32,000 bases of DNA from Candidatus Saccharimonadota bacterium (GTDB lineage: Archaea > Micrarchaeota > Micrarchaeia > Micrarchaeales > Micrarchaeaceae). This document shows, in pieces, positions 17,455-26,434 of the stretch (the stretch's first letter is position 1; each line of letters begins with the position of its first letter). A program made the translations under genes and the position numbers. Below the pieces are notes generated by a model. The model made no database searches. It was not told where the DNA came from and saw only the letters and a program-made list of their open reading frames with translations. The stretch is taken from contig OY969114.1 in NCBI GenBank assembly GCA_963698035.1, positions 630,001-662,000 of the forward strand. Direction: 5' to 3'.

Positions 17455-18722
17455 ATGGCAGACAAACCACACATGAACCTGATCTTTATAGGTCACGTAG
17501 ACCACGGAAAGTCTACAACGGTAGGCAGGCTTCTATACGCAACAGGAGTAATAACTGACAGGGACATCGCAAGGTACAAAGAGGCGACCGCCCAGTTCAA
17601 CAGGCCCACATTCGAGTTCGCGTTCGTCATGGACAACCTCAAGGAGGAGAGGGAGCGCGGAATAACGATAGACATACAGCACAGGGACTTCCAGACAGCG
17701 AAGTACTACTTCACTATAATAGACGCGCCGGGCCACAGGGACTTCGTAAAGAACATGATAACGGGGGCGAGCCAGGCAGACGCTGCCGTTCTTGTGGTCA
17801 GCGCAAAGGACGGGATCCAGGCGCAGACAAGGGAGCACGCGCAGCTGATAAACGTCCTTGGTGTGCAGCAGGTCATAGTTGGTATAAACAAGATGGATGA
17901 GGTCGAATACAGCAAGCAGAAGTACGAGGAGGTGAAGAAGCAGGTCGGCGACATGCTCAAGACTATGGGATTCAAGATCGACAAGGTACCATTCATACCT
18001 TACTCTGCACAGCTTGGAGATAACATAAAGGATAAACCAGAAAAGATGGCATGGTACAACGGGCCTACGCTGCTCGCAGCGCTCGACATGCTCAAGGTGC
18101 CAGAGAAGCCGGTGGACAAGCCGTTGAGGCTTCCGATACAGGACGTGTTCAGCATATCAGGATTCGGGACCGTGCCGGTAGGCAGGGTCGAGAGCGGCGT
18201 AATGAAGGCAGGAGACCAGATAGTCATAATGCCGAGCGGCATCAAGGCCGAGGTCAAGAGCATAGAGATGCACCACCAGCAGCTGCAGAGGGCAGAGCCT
18301 GGCGACAATATCGGGTTCAACATAAAGGGCATAGAGAAGAAGGACATAAAGAGGGGAGACGTGGTAGGCCCGGTGGGCAACCCGCCAACAGTTGCGACAG
18401 AGTTCACGGCGCAGATAGTGGTGCTGCACCACCAGAACGTGATAGCAAGGGGCTACACTCCCGTATTCCACATACACACGGCGCAGATCGCATGCACATT
18501 CGAGGACATTCTAGAAAAGAAGGACCGAAGACCGGTCAGACGGTCGAGAAGAACCCGCAGACCATAAAGACAGGAGACGTCGCAATAGTCAAGATAAAGC
18601 CGACAAAGCCCGTAGCGTGCGAGAAGTTCAGCGACTTCCCGCCGCTGGGAAGGTTCGCAATAAGGGACATGGGAGAGACAATCGGGGCAGGCATCATCCT
18701 AGAAATAACCCCAAGGAAGTGA
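17455..18722 (+). pseudogene. tuf: Translation elongation factor aEF-1alpha. As sequenced, it is interrupted by a 1-nt deletion-type frameshift near 18525.
   Basis: The true start is [21 protein letters not shown] at ATG 17455; the track start at 17362 is upstream read-through. G motifs are [16 protein letters not shown] and NKMD. The frame is lost after ...FEDILEKKD (GAC ending at 18525). The conserved C-terminus [29 protein letters not shown]...GRFAIRDMGETIGAGIILEI continues in the -1 frame (track ORF 18051..18722). A third C in the CC run at 18525-18526 restores a 422-aa protein. Confidence 0.85.
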
Positions 18723-18726
18723 ATCG

Positions 18727-19035
18727 ATGGGCACTGCGATAATCAAGCTCATCAGCACAAAGGCCAAGGACATCGACACCATTGCACAGCAGATAAAGAG
18801 CATAGTGCAGTCCCTAAACATAAAGTGCAAAGGGCCCGTTCCTCTTCCTACCAAGGTCATATCGCAGACCACAAGGAAGTCTCCATCCCACCAGGGCAGC
18901 CACACCTATGAGAAATGGGAGATGCGGTTCCACAAGCGGCTTCTTGAGATAGACAGCAGCGAGCAGGCGCTCAGGCAGATAATGAGAATACCGGTGCCGG
19001 ACACAGTCCAGATTGAGATGAGCCTGACCGGCTGA
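18727..19035 (+). CDS. rps10: 30S ribosomal protein S10 (uS10).
   Basis: 102-aa ORF. GPVPLPTK...TTRKSP...WEMRFHKRLLEIDSSEQALRQIMRIPVPDTVQIEM matches the S10 family pattern. It sits in the conserved position directly after the EF-1alpha gene. Confidence 0.9.
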   Translation: MGTAIIKLISTKAKDIDTIAQQIKSIVQSLNIKCKGPVPLPTKVISQTTRKSPSHQGSHTYEKWEMRFHKRLLEIDSSEQALRQIMRIPVPDTVQIEMSLTG

Positions 19036-19038
19036 TCA

Positions 19039-20796
19039 TCATCTCGCATTCTTTTTTATCTCTGATATGGTCTTTAGGAGGTCCACCTCCTCGTCGTTTA
19101 TCAGCTTTTCGAACTCCCCTCTAAGAAGCCGCTCGTCCTCGTCGGTCACCCTAGTATAGAGCGCTTGCCCTTCCCTTACCTGGCGGCCGAATGTAGGCTC
19201 GTCCATCGATATCGCGACGTTGTCTCCCTTTTTCGCCATCTCCAATGGCGCCTTCTCGGTCTGTATTCCCTTTATTTTGCCGATTACCTCTCCGATATCG
19301 TTCATGAGTAGGCATCCAACCTTCACCCTGCCGGCAAGCACGCTTATCCCGAATATCGCGGGGTGCGACACCCTGAAGCAGCTGTTCGGGAGGACCTCAA
19401 TCTTACCGGGGAAGATTATCCTGCCCTCCGCCTTGCTGATCGTGCTCTTCTGCCTCTGCTCCACGAAGAGCTTGTAGTCGTCAAGCAGCTTGTATATTAT
19501 GTCCCCGCCGATTATCTGTATGCCGCTGTCGAAGGAAGCCTCCGAAGCGTCGTTCGCCACCTGTACATTGAACTCCAGCACCACCGCGTATGTGGGATTA
19601 ACGGCAAGCTGCGAGAACGCATCCACCACGTCCCGCTTTGTCACGTCGCCCAATCCCTTCTTGCTTATCGTAAATCCCGCAGCCTCCATAAGCCTCGATA
19701 TCGCTTCGAGGCTGCCAATAGAATCCGCTTTGAGGACAACCCCCGTCCTGTCGGTTCTGAAGACCTCTCCGATCTCTGCGGTTATCTGCGTTGAATAACT
19801 GCCATCCTCGGTTACCTGCACAACCGGCAATCCAGGCATCGCATCCTCGAGACCGTTCCCGCTTATCTTAACCCCGCAGGACGCGCTCACCTCGTCCACA
19901 TAGGTGAACTTGCTGGTGCTATCCCTTATCTCCTGCAGGGGCTTTGCCTTGAGCAGCGCCTTTATCTTCGCGGTCGCTATGCCCGTTGGCGTTGCAAATG
20001 CTATGGTGTCATTCGTCTTCAGCATCCCGTCGTAGAGTATGACGTCTATTGTGGTCCCGAGCCCCCTGACCTCCTTCTTCTCCAGTATGCTGCCCCTTCC
20101 GGGTCCGCTCACTTCTATGTTGAGCCGCATCTCAAGATATCTCTGCGAGAGGCCTGTCGCCACCATCAGCAGCTCAGCGATCCCCTCGCCGGTCTTGGCG
20201 CTTAGCGGTACTATCGCAATCTCCCTCTGGAAGTTCCTCACCCTGTCGAACCTCTCGGCGTTGAACCCAAGTTCGCTAAGCTTGCCTATAAACTCGAAAA
20301 CGCTATTCTCAAGTGCAGCCGCCACGCCCTGGTTCTGCTTGGAGAGCGCCTCTAGGAAGCTCTTCGACTTCGTGTTGAGCCATCCAGTTATCAGGTCTAT
20401 CTTGTTAGCTGCGATTATGAACGGCGTCTTGTACTCCTTAAGTATCGCAATCGATTCAATCGTCTGCGGCTCGAATCCCTTCGTTATGTCAACAACGAGT
20501 ATCGCCAGGTCTGCGACGCTGCCGCCCCTCTTTCTGAGGTTGGTGAAAGCCTCGTGCCCTGGCGTGTCTATGAAAAGAAGGCCTGGAATGGTTATGTTGG
20601 TGCCCGTCGCATGCAGCATGGGCCCGCAGATTCTCTCTACCGTATCTATCGGAACCTCGCTGGCGCCGATATGCTGGGTGATGCCTCCGACCTCGCGCGC
20701 AGCTATGGCACTGTTGCGTATCCTGTCAAGTAGCGAGGTCTTGCCGTGGTCTACATGACCCATAACCACTATTATAGGCTGCCTTATCATCTCCAT
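19039..20796 (-). CDS. infB: Translation initiation factor aIF5B (IF-2 family GTPase).
   Basis: The track ORF is 19039..20799 (GTG); an ATG lies at 20796. It has RQPIIVVMGHVDHGKTSLLD, DTPGHEAF and NKID G-motifs. The roughly 585-aa length is typical of aIF5B. Confidence 0.9.
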   Translation of the reverse strand: MEMIRQPIIVVMGHVDHGKTSLLDRIRNSAIAAREVGGITQHIGASEVPIDTVERICGPMLHATGTNITIPGLLFIDTPGHEAFTNLRKRGGSVADLAILVVDITKGFEPQTIESIAILKEYKTPFIIAANKIDLITGWLNTKSKSFLEALSKQNQGVAAALENSVFEFIGKLSELGFNAERFDRVRNFQREIAIVPLSAKTGEGIAELLMVATGLSQRYLEMRLNIEVSGPGRGSILEKKEVRGLGTTIDVILYDGMLKTNDTIAFATPTGIATAKIKALLKAKPLQEIRDSTSKFTYVDEVSASCGVKISGNGLEDAMPGLPVVQVTEDGSYSTQITAEIGEVFRTDRTGVVLKADSIGSLEAISRLMEAAGFTISKKGLGDVTKRDVVDAFSQLAVNPTYAVVLEFNVQVANDASEASFDSGIQIIGGDIIYKLLDDYKLFVEQRQKSTISKAEGRIIFPGKIEVLPNSCFRVSHPAIFGISVLAGRVKVGCLLMNDIGEVIGKIKGIQTEKAPLEMAKKGDNVAISMDEPTFGRQVREGQALYTRVTDEDERLLRGEFEKLINDEEVDLLKTISEIKKNAR

Positions 20797-20863
20797 CACA
20801 AAAGCAGAATTAGATATACTTAAGGCTCAAAGATATAAAAAGATGGGTGGCGGGCGGCTGCGT

Positions 20864-21838
20864 TCACGGCTGCGTTGGTATCCGGTGCACTGGGGCATCC
20901 AAGCGCGGGTTCCTATGATAATTCACCCTTCCTATGGGCCACTTTTCCCCCGCGGCGCCCAATTTCTTTGCAAAGAGCGAGTCTGGGTTCCGTTCACTAA
21001 TACTCTCTATTTTGGCGCGCAACTCAGGCTCCAGGGCGTAGTAACACATGCCAAAGCAGCCGCCAGCAAATCCTGCCAATCCCGAGTTCGGGTTCCTGCC
21101 AAACTCCTCAAGCAGAACTCCCTGGTTCTTGCTTCCTATATTCCGGAAGTTGGGCAGCACGCCACCCCTCAAAATAACATTTAGGTTAGATGCGGGGCGC
21201 TCCCCTACCTGCTTCACGACCCAGAAGAGCGCACTCTCCGATAGGTCTTTGAACTTCTCCGGAAGTGCGAGGAGGGCCACCGCAGAGAGCGTGGACTTGG
21301 GGTTACCCTCAACCAATTCTAGGAAGTCAACTTGGTCTTCCGTGCTAAAATGCCTAAGGCTGTGGCTGAGCAGTCCACCGACAAACTGCTTGGCAAATGG
21401 CGACTTGTTCATCTGAGGCTTGGTGAGAACGCTCTGCATATATGCACCTTTCTCTTCCTTAGTCAGAGCGTGAAAGACCCTTCCCACATGCACCGCCGCC
21501 TGGTGCGCAAATGTGGAATAGGTATCCTGCTCCACAGACTTCAGCAGTTTCGTGTAGAAACCTGGCAACGCTACAGGCGCCTCGCGCTCCGAAAGCACCC
21601 TCCCAAACGCCTCTCTGAACCTCCAGTCTTCTGTCACTCTCTCGAAAATTGCAGGAAGTTCCTCTTCCTTCACACTGTCTATCAAAATGCCGGTTCTCTG
21701 GCCAGCGTACGCCGATCTATCAATGTAATGTGGTTTCAAGCTTCGGGTCTCCTGCTCCTCGCCAGCCTCCTTTCCATGCCTCAGGCTTGGCATTTGAGGA
21801 ATCTCCCCCCTCTCTTCCAAGCTTTTTGATGCCCTCAT
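20864..21838 (-). CDS. Hypothetical protein (helical, no recognisable family).
   Basis: 324-aa ORF with codon usage similar to its neighbours. I saw no motifs, transmembrane segments or signal peptide. Confidence 0.5.
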   Translation of the reverse strand: MRASKSLEERGEIPQMPSLRHGKEAGEEQETRSLKPHYIDRSAYAGQRTGILIDSVKEEELPAIFERVTEDWRFREAFGRVLSEREAPVALPGFYTKLLKSVEQDTYSTFAHQAAVHVGRVFHALTKEEKGAYMQSVLTKPQMNKSPFAKQFVGGLLSHSLRHFSTEDQVDFLELVEGNPKSTLSAVALLALPEKFKDLSESALFWVVKQVGERPASNLNVILRGGVLPNFRNIGSKNQGVLLEEFGRNPNSGLAGFAGGCFGMCYYALEPELRAKIESISERNPDSLFAKKLGAAGEKWPIGRVNYHRNPRLDAPVHRIPTQP

Positions 21839-21965
21839 CAGATTACCGATTATCCCCTAAACTACTCGCTGTCCAGATATTTATAATTTTCCCAGCATAA
21901 TCAAGATTGCCGGCATGAACTTAATATGATATTAATCTTTGCATACAATTCTGAAGGGTGCTGTC

Positions 21966-22529
21966 ATGATTGAGAGGACTCTAGTGCTAATTAAACCGGA
22001 GGGCGTCCAGAGGGCGCTCGTAGGCAGGATAATCTCTATTCTAGAAGATGCCGGAATAAAGGTGATAGCAATGAAGATGGTAAGACCCGACAAAAAGCTC
22101 ATTGAGCTCCACTATCCGCTTGATATGGAATGGGCAAAGAACCTCTGGAGCAACACAAAGAAGGGGTACGAAGCACGTGGCCAGAAGTTTACCGATACTC
22201 CCCTGCAGGTGGGCAGAAGGGTGAGGAACAGACTTATGCGCCATCTGGCAAGCGGCCCCGTAATCGCTTTGGTAGCGGAGGGCAACGATGCTGTCGCATC
22301 GGTGCGCAAGATGGTTGGGGTACCATCCCCAAATAGGGCCGACCCGTCGACAATAAGGGGAATGTTTTGTACGGATTCATACGAGCGCGCAGACGAGCAA
22401 GACAGAATCACCTTCAGCATCGTCCATGCATCAGACAGCACCAAGACCGCAGAAAGAGAAATCAAAGTGTGGTTCAGGCAGCCAGAGATAACCGAATACA
22501 AGAGGGCAGACGAGAAGCTGCTCTACTAA
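21966..22529 (+). CDS. ndk: Nucleoside-diphosphate kinase, long form with insertions.
   Basis: The ATG at 21966 is preferred over the TTG at 21939. It has ERTLVLIKPEGVQRALVG, SGPVIALVAEG, PSTIRGMF and the catalytic-His segment SIVHASDS. It has about 28 and 10 extra residues relative to the roughly 150-aa canonical form. Confidence 0.8.
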   Translation: MIERTLVLIKPEGVQRALVGRIISILEDAGIKVIAMKMVRPDKKLIELHYPLDMEWAKNLWSNTKKGYEARGQKFTDTPLQVGRRVRNRLMRHLASGPVIALVAEGNDAVASVRKMVGVPSPNRADPSTIRGMFCTDSYERADEQDRITFSIVHASDSTKTAEREIKVWFRQPEITEYKRADEKLLY

Positions 22530-22819
22530 TTCCTGTACTTCAGCTCGTCGCTCATCATCTCCGGAGTCCACATCGGGTCCCAGGCGAGATCCACCTCCAC
22601 CTTTCCTACGTTCGGCAGAGCCTCGAGCCTGAGCTGGACGTCAGCAAGTATTATGCTCGTAACAGGGCACATCGCGCTTGTCATAGTCAACGTCACCTTG
22701 ACCTCGTTGTTCTGAGAAAGCTTTATTCCCTGTATGAGGCCCATCGACACTATGTCGGCTCCCAACTCGGGGTCCAGGCACTGGGAGAGCGCCTGCACAA
22801 TATCATTTTTCGTCAACAT
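22526..22819 (-). CDS. DUF59/MIP18-family Fe-S cluster assembly protein (SufT/PaaD-like).
   Basis: 97-aa ORF. IVQALSQCLDPELGADIVSMGLI...VKVTLTMTSAMCPV matches the DUF59 pattern, including the conserved Cys. It overlaps the ndk stop by 4 nt in convergent orientation. Confidence 0.75.
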   Translation of the reverse strand: MLTKNDIVQALSQCLDPELGADIVSMGLIQGIKLSQNNEVKVTLTMTSAMCPVTSIILADVQLRLEALPNVGKVEVDLAWDPMWTPEMMSDELKYRN

Positions 22820-22866
22820 GCTCCTCTAGTATCTCTCTGCAGCCAAATTATTTATAGCTATCTCGG

Positions 22867-22887
22867 CTGCCGCCTGCCGCCTGCCGC
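22867..22887. repeat. Short tandem repeat (CTGCCGC)x3 in an intergenic spacer.
   Basis: Three perfect consecutive 7-mers, read directly from the sequence. Confidence 0.7.
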
Positions 22888-23033
22888 CTAAGCCAGCTGA
22901 AGTTTTGCGCAAGGCTTTTTAATCTTGCGCCCCAAGTATATATGTGCAAAGGTCTTATTCTACAAAGAATTGCGGCCTTTAAAACAGATTTGCTCTCTAG
23001 TTAAAGCAGCAGATGTAATAGACAAGTGATTGA

Positions 23034-24377
23034 ATGACAGGTTTTGACAAGTTCAACTTGAACAAGGAGATAGCGGACGCGCTGACAGAAATGAAGTTTG
23101 ACACCCCGACAGAGGTGCAGGATGAAATCATACCCCTGGTGCTGCAGGGAAAGGACGTTGTGGTCAGATCCAAGACAGGATCCGGCAAGACCGGAGCTTT
23201 CATGGTACCGATCTCGCAGATGCTATGTCATCTGCATGCAGCAGGCGTGGGCGCTCTGATAATTGCGCCGACAAGGGAGCTCGCGCTTCAAACAGAGCAC
23301 GTAGCAATGAAGATAACGAAGTTCACAAGGCTGAAGGTCACAGTGGTCTATGGAGGGGTTTCAATAAGGCCACAGACTGACAGGCTAAGGCAGGGGGCCA
23401 ACATAGTTGTCGGCACTCCGGGCAGGATAATAGACCTGATGGAGAGGAACGAGCTCGACATAAGCAAGATAAAGTTCCTCGTGCTCGACGAGGCGGACAT
23501 AATGCTCGACATGGGATTCATAGATGACATAAAGTACATAATAGGGCAGACCCCGCGAACCAAGCAGACCATGCTCTTCTCGGCGACGATACCGAGAAAG
23601 ATAGTTGAAATCGCAAACGGCTACATGAAGGACCCTGTCAGCATAGGGGTGGGAGGGGAGGAGCAGCTCGCAGTCACCTCCATAGAGAACCTATACGTGG
23701 TGGTGGACAACTCCTTCAAATTCTCCACACTGCTTGCTTATCTGGCCGAATACAAGCCCAAGAAGTCGATCATATTCTCGAGGACGCAGAGGAGCTCCGA
23801 CATATTATACCGCTTGGTGAAGGATCAAGGATACAATCCTGTGCTGCTCCATGGAGGCGTCACTCAGGCAAAGAGGGAAATCGCTATGGGCAACTTCAGG
23901 AAGAACCAGAACGGCATGCTCATAGCAACAAACGTTGCGGCAAGGGGAATAGATGTAACCGACATAACCGATATAATAAATTTTGACGCACCAGAGGAGC
24001 CTACTCTCTACATACACAGGATCGGCAGGTCTGCAAGAATGGGAAGGAACGGTCGCGCATTCACCATATTCGGGAGAGACCAGCACGGTCTCATAGGTGC
24101 GATAGAGAGGTTTGCAGGAGTGGAGCTCAAGAAGGTAAACATCGACAGCAGGAAGTTCAGCAATATAAACTTCGGCGAGTACATACGCTCATCTAGGGGC
24201 GAATACGACAGGGGACCGCCCAGGAGATGGGGTGACCGCAGTGCGCAGCATGGTAGAGGGAGCGGATCGTATAGCGCACAGCATGGAAGCAGTGAGAGAT
24301 ACGGGCCAAGGCACGATAGAGCAGGCTTCAGGCCGAAGCATCAGAGGCGCCAAGGCCACTTCGAGCCATCCAGCTGA
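23034..24377 (+). CDS. DEAD-box ATP-dependent RNA helicase with a basic Arg/Gly/Ser-rich C-terminal tail.
   Basis: 447-aa ORF with Q motif FDTPTEVQ, motif I SKTGSGKT, Ia PTRELA, Ib TPGR, II DEAD, III SAT, V ARGID and VI HRIGRSAR. The tail is RGEYDRGPPRRWGDRSAQHGRGSGSY... Confidence 0.9.
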   Translation: MTGFDKFNLNKEIADALTEMKFDTPTEVQDEIIPLVLQGKDVVVRSKTGSGKTGAFMVPISQMLCHLHAAGVGALIIAPTRELALQTEHVAMKITKFTRLKVTVVYGGVSIRPQTDRLRQGANIVVGTPGRIIDLMERNELDISKIKFLVLDEADIMLDMGFIDDIKYIIGQTPRTKQTMLFSATIPRKIVEIANGYMKDPVSIGVGGEEQLAVTSIENLYVVVDNSFKFSTLLAYLAEYKPKKSIIFSRTQRSSDILYRLVKDQGYNPVLLHGGVTQAKREIAMGNFRKNQNGMLIATNVAARGIDVTDITDIINFDAPEEPTLYIHRIGRSARMGRNGRAFTIFGRDQHGLIGAIERFAGVELKKVNIDSRKFSNINFGEYIRSSRGEYDRGPPRRWGDRSAQHGRGSGSYSAQHGSSERYGPRHDRAGFRPKHQRRQGHFEPSS

Positions 24378-24439
24378 TTGTAAAATCAACATTTTATTGT
24401 CCTTACACCAAGCCCGTTTGCCACCATCGCCCGAACTTC

Positions 24440-25369
24440 TCATGGCACGATAACGGTGCCTGTGCCACCCCCCACTGCCTTGTCGGCATCCTCCAATGAG
24501 GCTATCACAGCCTTGTTGCCGGTCAACTTGACAAAGTTCACGGCTGCCTGGACCTTGGGTTTCATTGTGCCGTTCTCGAACTGGTCCGCTGCAAGGTATT
24601 CCTCGCACTGGCGCACGTCTACGCGCGTAAGCATCTTCTGGGTCTTTTTCTTATAATTGAGGAAGACATGGCTGACGTCCGTAAGTATCATGAACATGTC
24701 GACTTTCAGCTTTCCTGCGAGCAGGGACGACGCAAGGTCCTTGTCGATGACTGCGTCAACGCCATTCAAGGACGATCCACTCCTTATGACCGGCACGCCT
24801 CCGCCGCCGGCGCATACGACCACCTTGCCTTCCGACACAAGACGCTGTATGGTGTCGAGCTCTACGATTTCCATGGGGGTCGGCGATGGCACCACCCTCC
24901 TATATTTGCCGCCCTCGCGGACCAGCGTCCATCCATATTCCTTAGCCAGTTTGTCGGCAGCACCCTTCTCATAAAACGGACCTATCGGCTTCGATGGGTT
25001 CTTGAAATGCGGGTCGTTGCCGCTGACAACGGTTCTTGTCAGTACGCATGCCACATCCTTCCGGATGCCCGCGCTCCCCAACCCGTTCGTTATCGCCTGC
25101 TCTATAATGTAGCCTATCATGCCCTGGCTCTCCCCACCGCACACGTGCAGGGGCATCACCGGCATCTGCGCCTTCGCAAGCTCATAGCGCAGCAGTATGT
25201 CGCCCACCTGCGGGCCGTTGCCGTGAGTTATCACTATGTTGTGACCTTTTTTTATTATCTTTATGATACGCCTTGCGGTGTTAATGATGTTTGCCTGCTG
25301 CTCCTCGAACGTGCCCTTCTCGTTCGCCCGCAGTATCGCGTTGCCGCCCAAGGCGATAAGTATGTTCAT
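24440..25369 (-). CDS. arcC: Carbamate kinase.
   Basis: 309-aa ORF. ALGGNAIL, ITHGNGPQVG, RRVVPSP, GGGGVP, DAVIDKD and MILTDV closely follow the carbamate kinase family pattern. Confidence 0.9.
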   Translation of the reverse strand: MNILIALGGNAILRANEKGTFEEQQANIINTARRIIKIIKKGHNIVITHGNGPQVGDILLRYELAKAQMPVMPLHVCGGESQGMIGYIIEQAITNGLGSAGIRKDVACVLTRTVVSGNDPHFKNPSKPIGPFYEKGAADKLAKEYGWTLVREGGKYRRVVPSPTPMEIVELDTIQRLVSEGKVVVCAGGGGVPVIRSGSSLNGVDAVIDKDLASSLLAGKLKVDMFMILTDVSHVFLNYKKKTQKMLTRVDVRQCEEYLAADQFENGTMKPKVQAAVNFVKLTGNKAVIASLEDADKAVGGGTGTVIVP

Positions 25370-25376
25370 AGAGACA

Positions 25377-26309
25377 CTACCTCGGCTTCTTGCCGTTTAT
25401 GGTGATGTCGAGGACCGCTGCAGCGCCGTACAGCTTGTTCTCCGCCTGCTGCCACACGACAGATTGCTTGCCCTCCATCACGTCGTCCGTTATCTCAAGG
25501 CCGCGGTGGGCCGGCATGCAGTGCATCGCTATCACGTCCTTCTTTGCGTGCTCGAGCAGCTTTGCGTTTATCTGGTAGCCCTTAAATGCTTTCATGCGCC
25601 TTTGCGTCTCGCTTTCCTCGCCCATGCTCACCCACACGTCCGTATACAGCACGTCCGCGTCATCTGCCGCCTCCTTCGGGTCGTGCACCACGCCTATTCT
25701 GGAGCCTGTCCTTTTTGCAAGCGCCTTGGCCTGCGACACGATTGCGGCATTAGGCTCGTATCCCTCCGGGCAGGCAATCGTCGCATTGGCGCCTCCGGTC
25801 GCAGCAGCTAGCAGCAGGCTGTTAGCAACGTTGTTGCCGTCTCCTATGTAGACGATGTTAAGGCCCTTTATCCTTCCCTTCACCTCGTATATCGTAAGCA
25901 TGTCGGACACGAGCTGCGTCGGGTGCTCCAAGTCACTAAGACCGTTTATGGTAGGTATGCCGGAATACTTGGAAAGCTGTTCGACAGTATCATGGGCGAA
26001 TACGCGCGCCACTATGGCGTCAAAATAGCTGCCGAGCACGCGCGCAGTGTCCTTGACGGGCTCGCCCCTCCTGAGCTGGAGCTCGGACCCCGCAAGGTAC
26101 ATCGGGCTGCCGCCTAGGCGCAGGACCGCCGTCTCGAACGACGCCCGCGTGCGGGTTGATGGCTTCTCGAACAGCAGTCCCACTACCTTGTTGTCAAGAA
26201 GGTGCAATCTTTTCCCGGACTTTATCTCCGCCTTTAACCCCTTCGCTCGGTCCAGCAGCGGATAAAATTCCCCAACGGGAATATCCGCAAATGATATTAT
26301 TGATTTGAT
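25377..26309 (-). CDS. argF: Ornithine carbamoyltransferase; the start codon is uncertain.
   Basis: It has FEKPSTRTR, HPTQ, DVWVSMGEE and HCMPAHRG (HCLP-type), which are diagnostic for OTCase rather than ATCase. The track start (TTG 26207) removes about 34 conserved N-terminal residues (IKSIISFADIPVGEFYPLLDRAKGLKAEIKSGKRL). That region is open in frame back to TGA at 26319-26321 but contains no ATG, GTG or TTG. An ATC at 26309..26307 lies 3 nt after SD GAGGTGAT (26313-26320). Confidence 0.8.
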   Translation of the reverse strand: MKSIISFADIPVGEFYPLLDRAKGLKAEIKSGKRLHLLDNKVVGLLFEKPSTRTRASFETAVLRLGGSPMYLAGSELQLRRGEPVKDTARVLGSYFDAIVARVFAHDTVEQLSKYSGIPTINGLSDLEHPTQLVSDMLTIYEVKGRIKGLNIVYIGDGNNVANSLLLAAATGGANATIACPEGYEPNAAIVSQAKALAKRTGSRIGVVHDPKEAADDADVLYTDVWVSMGEESETQRRMKAFKGYQINAKLLEHAKKDVIAMHCMPAHRGLEITDDVMEGKQSVVWQQAENKLYGAAAVLDITINGKKPR

Positions 26310-26434
26310 ATAATCACCTCATTCGTATTACTTACTATGATACTAAGAAGTTGAATTCTTAATTATTCTCTTTTCAATTTTCAAATGTCAATAAAACCTG
26401 CAGAAAAGCAAAAGGGATCGTACTTTCGCCTGTT

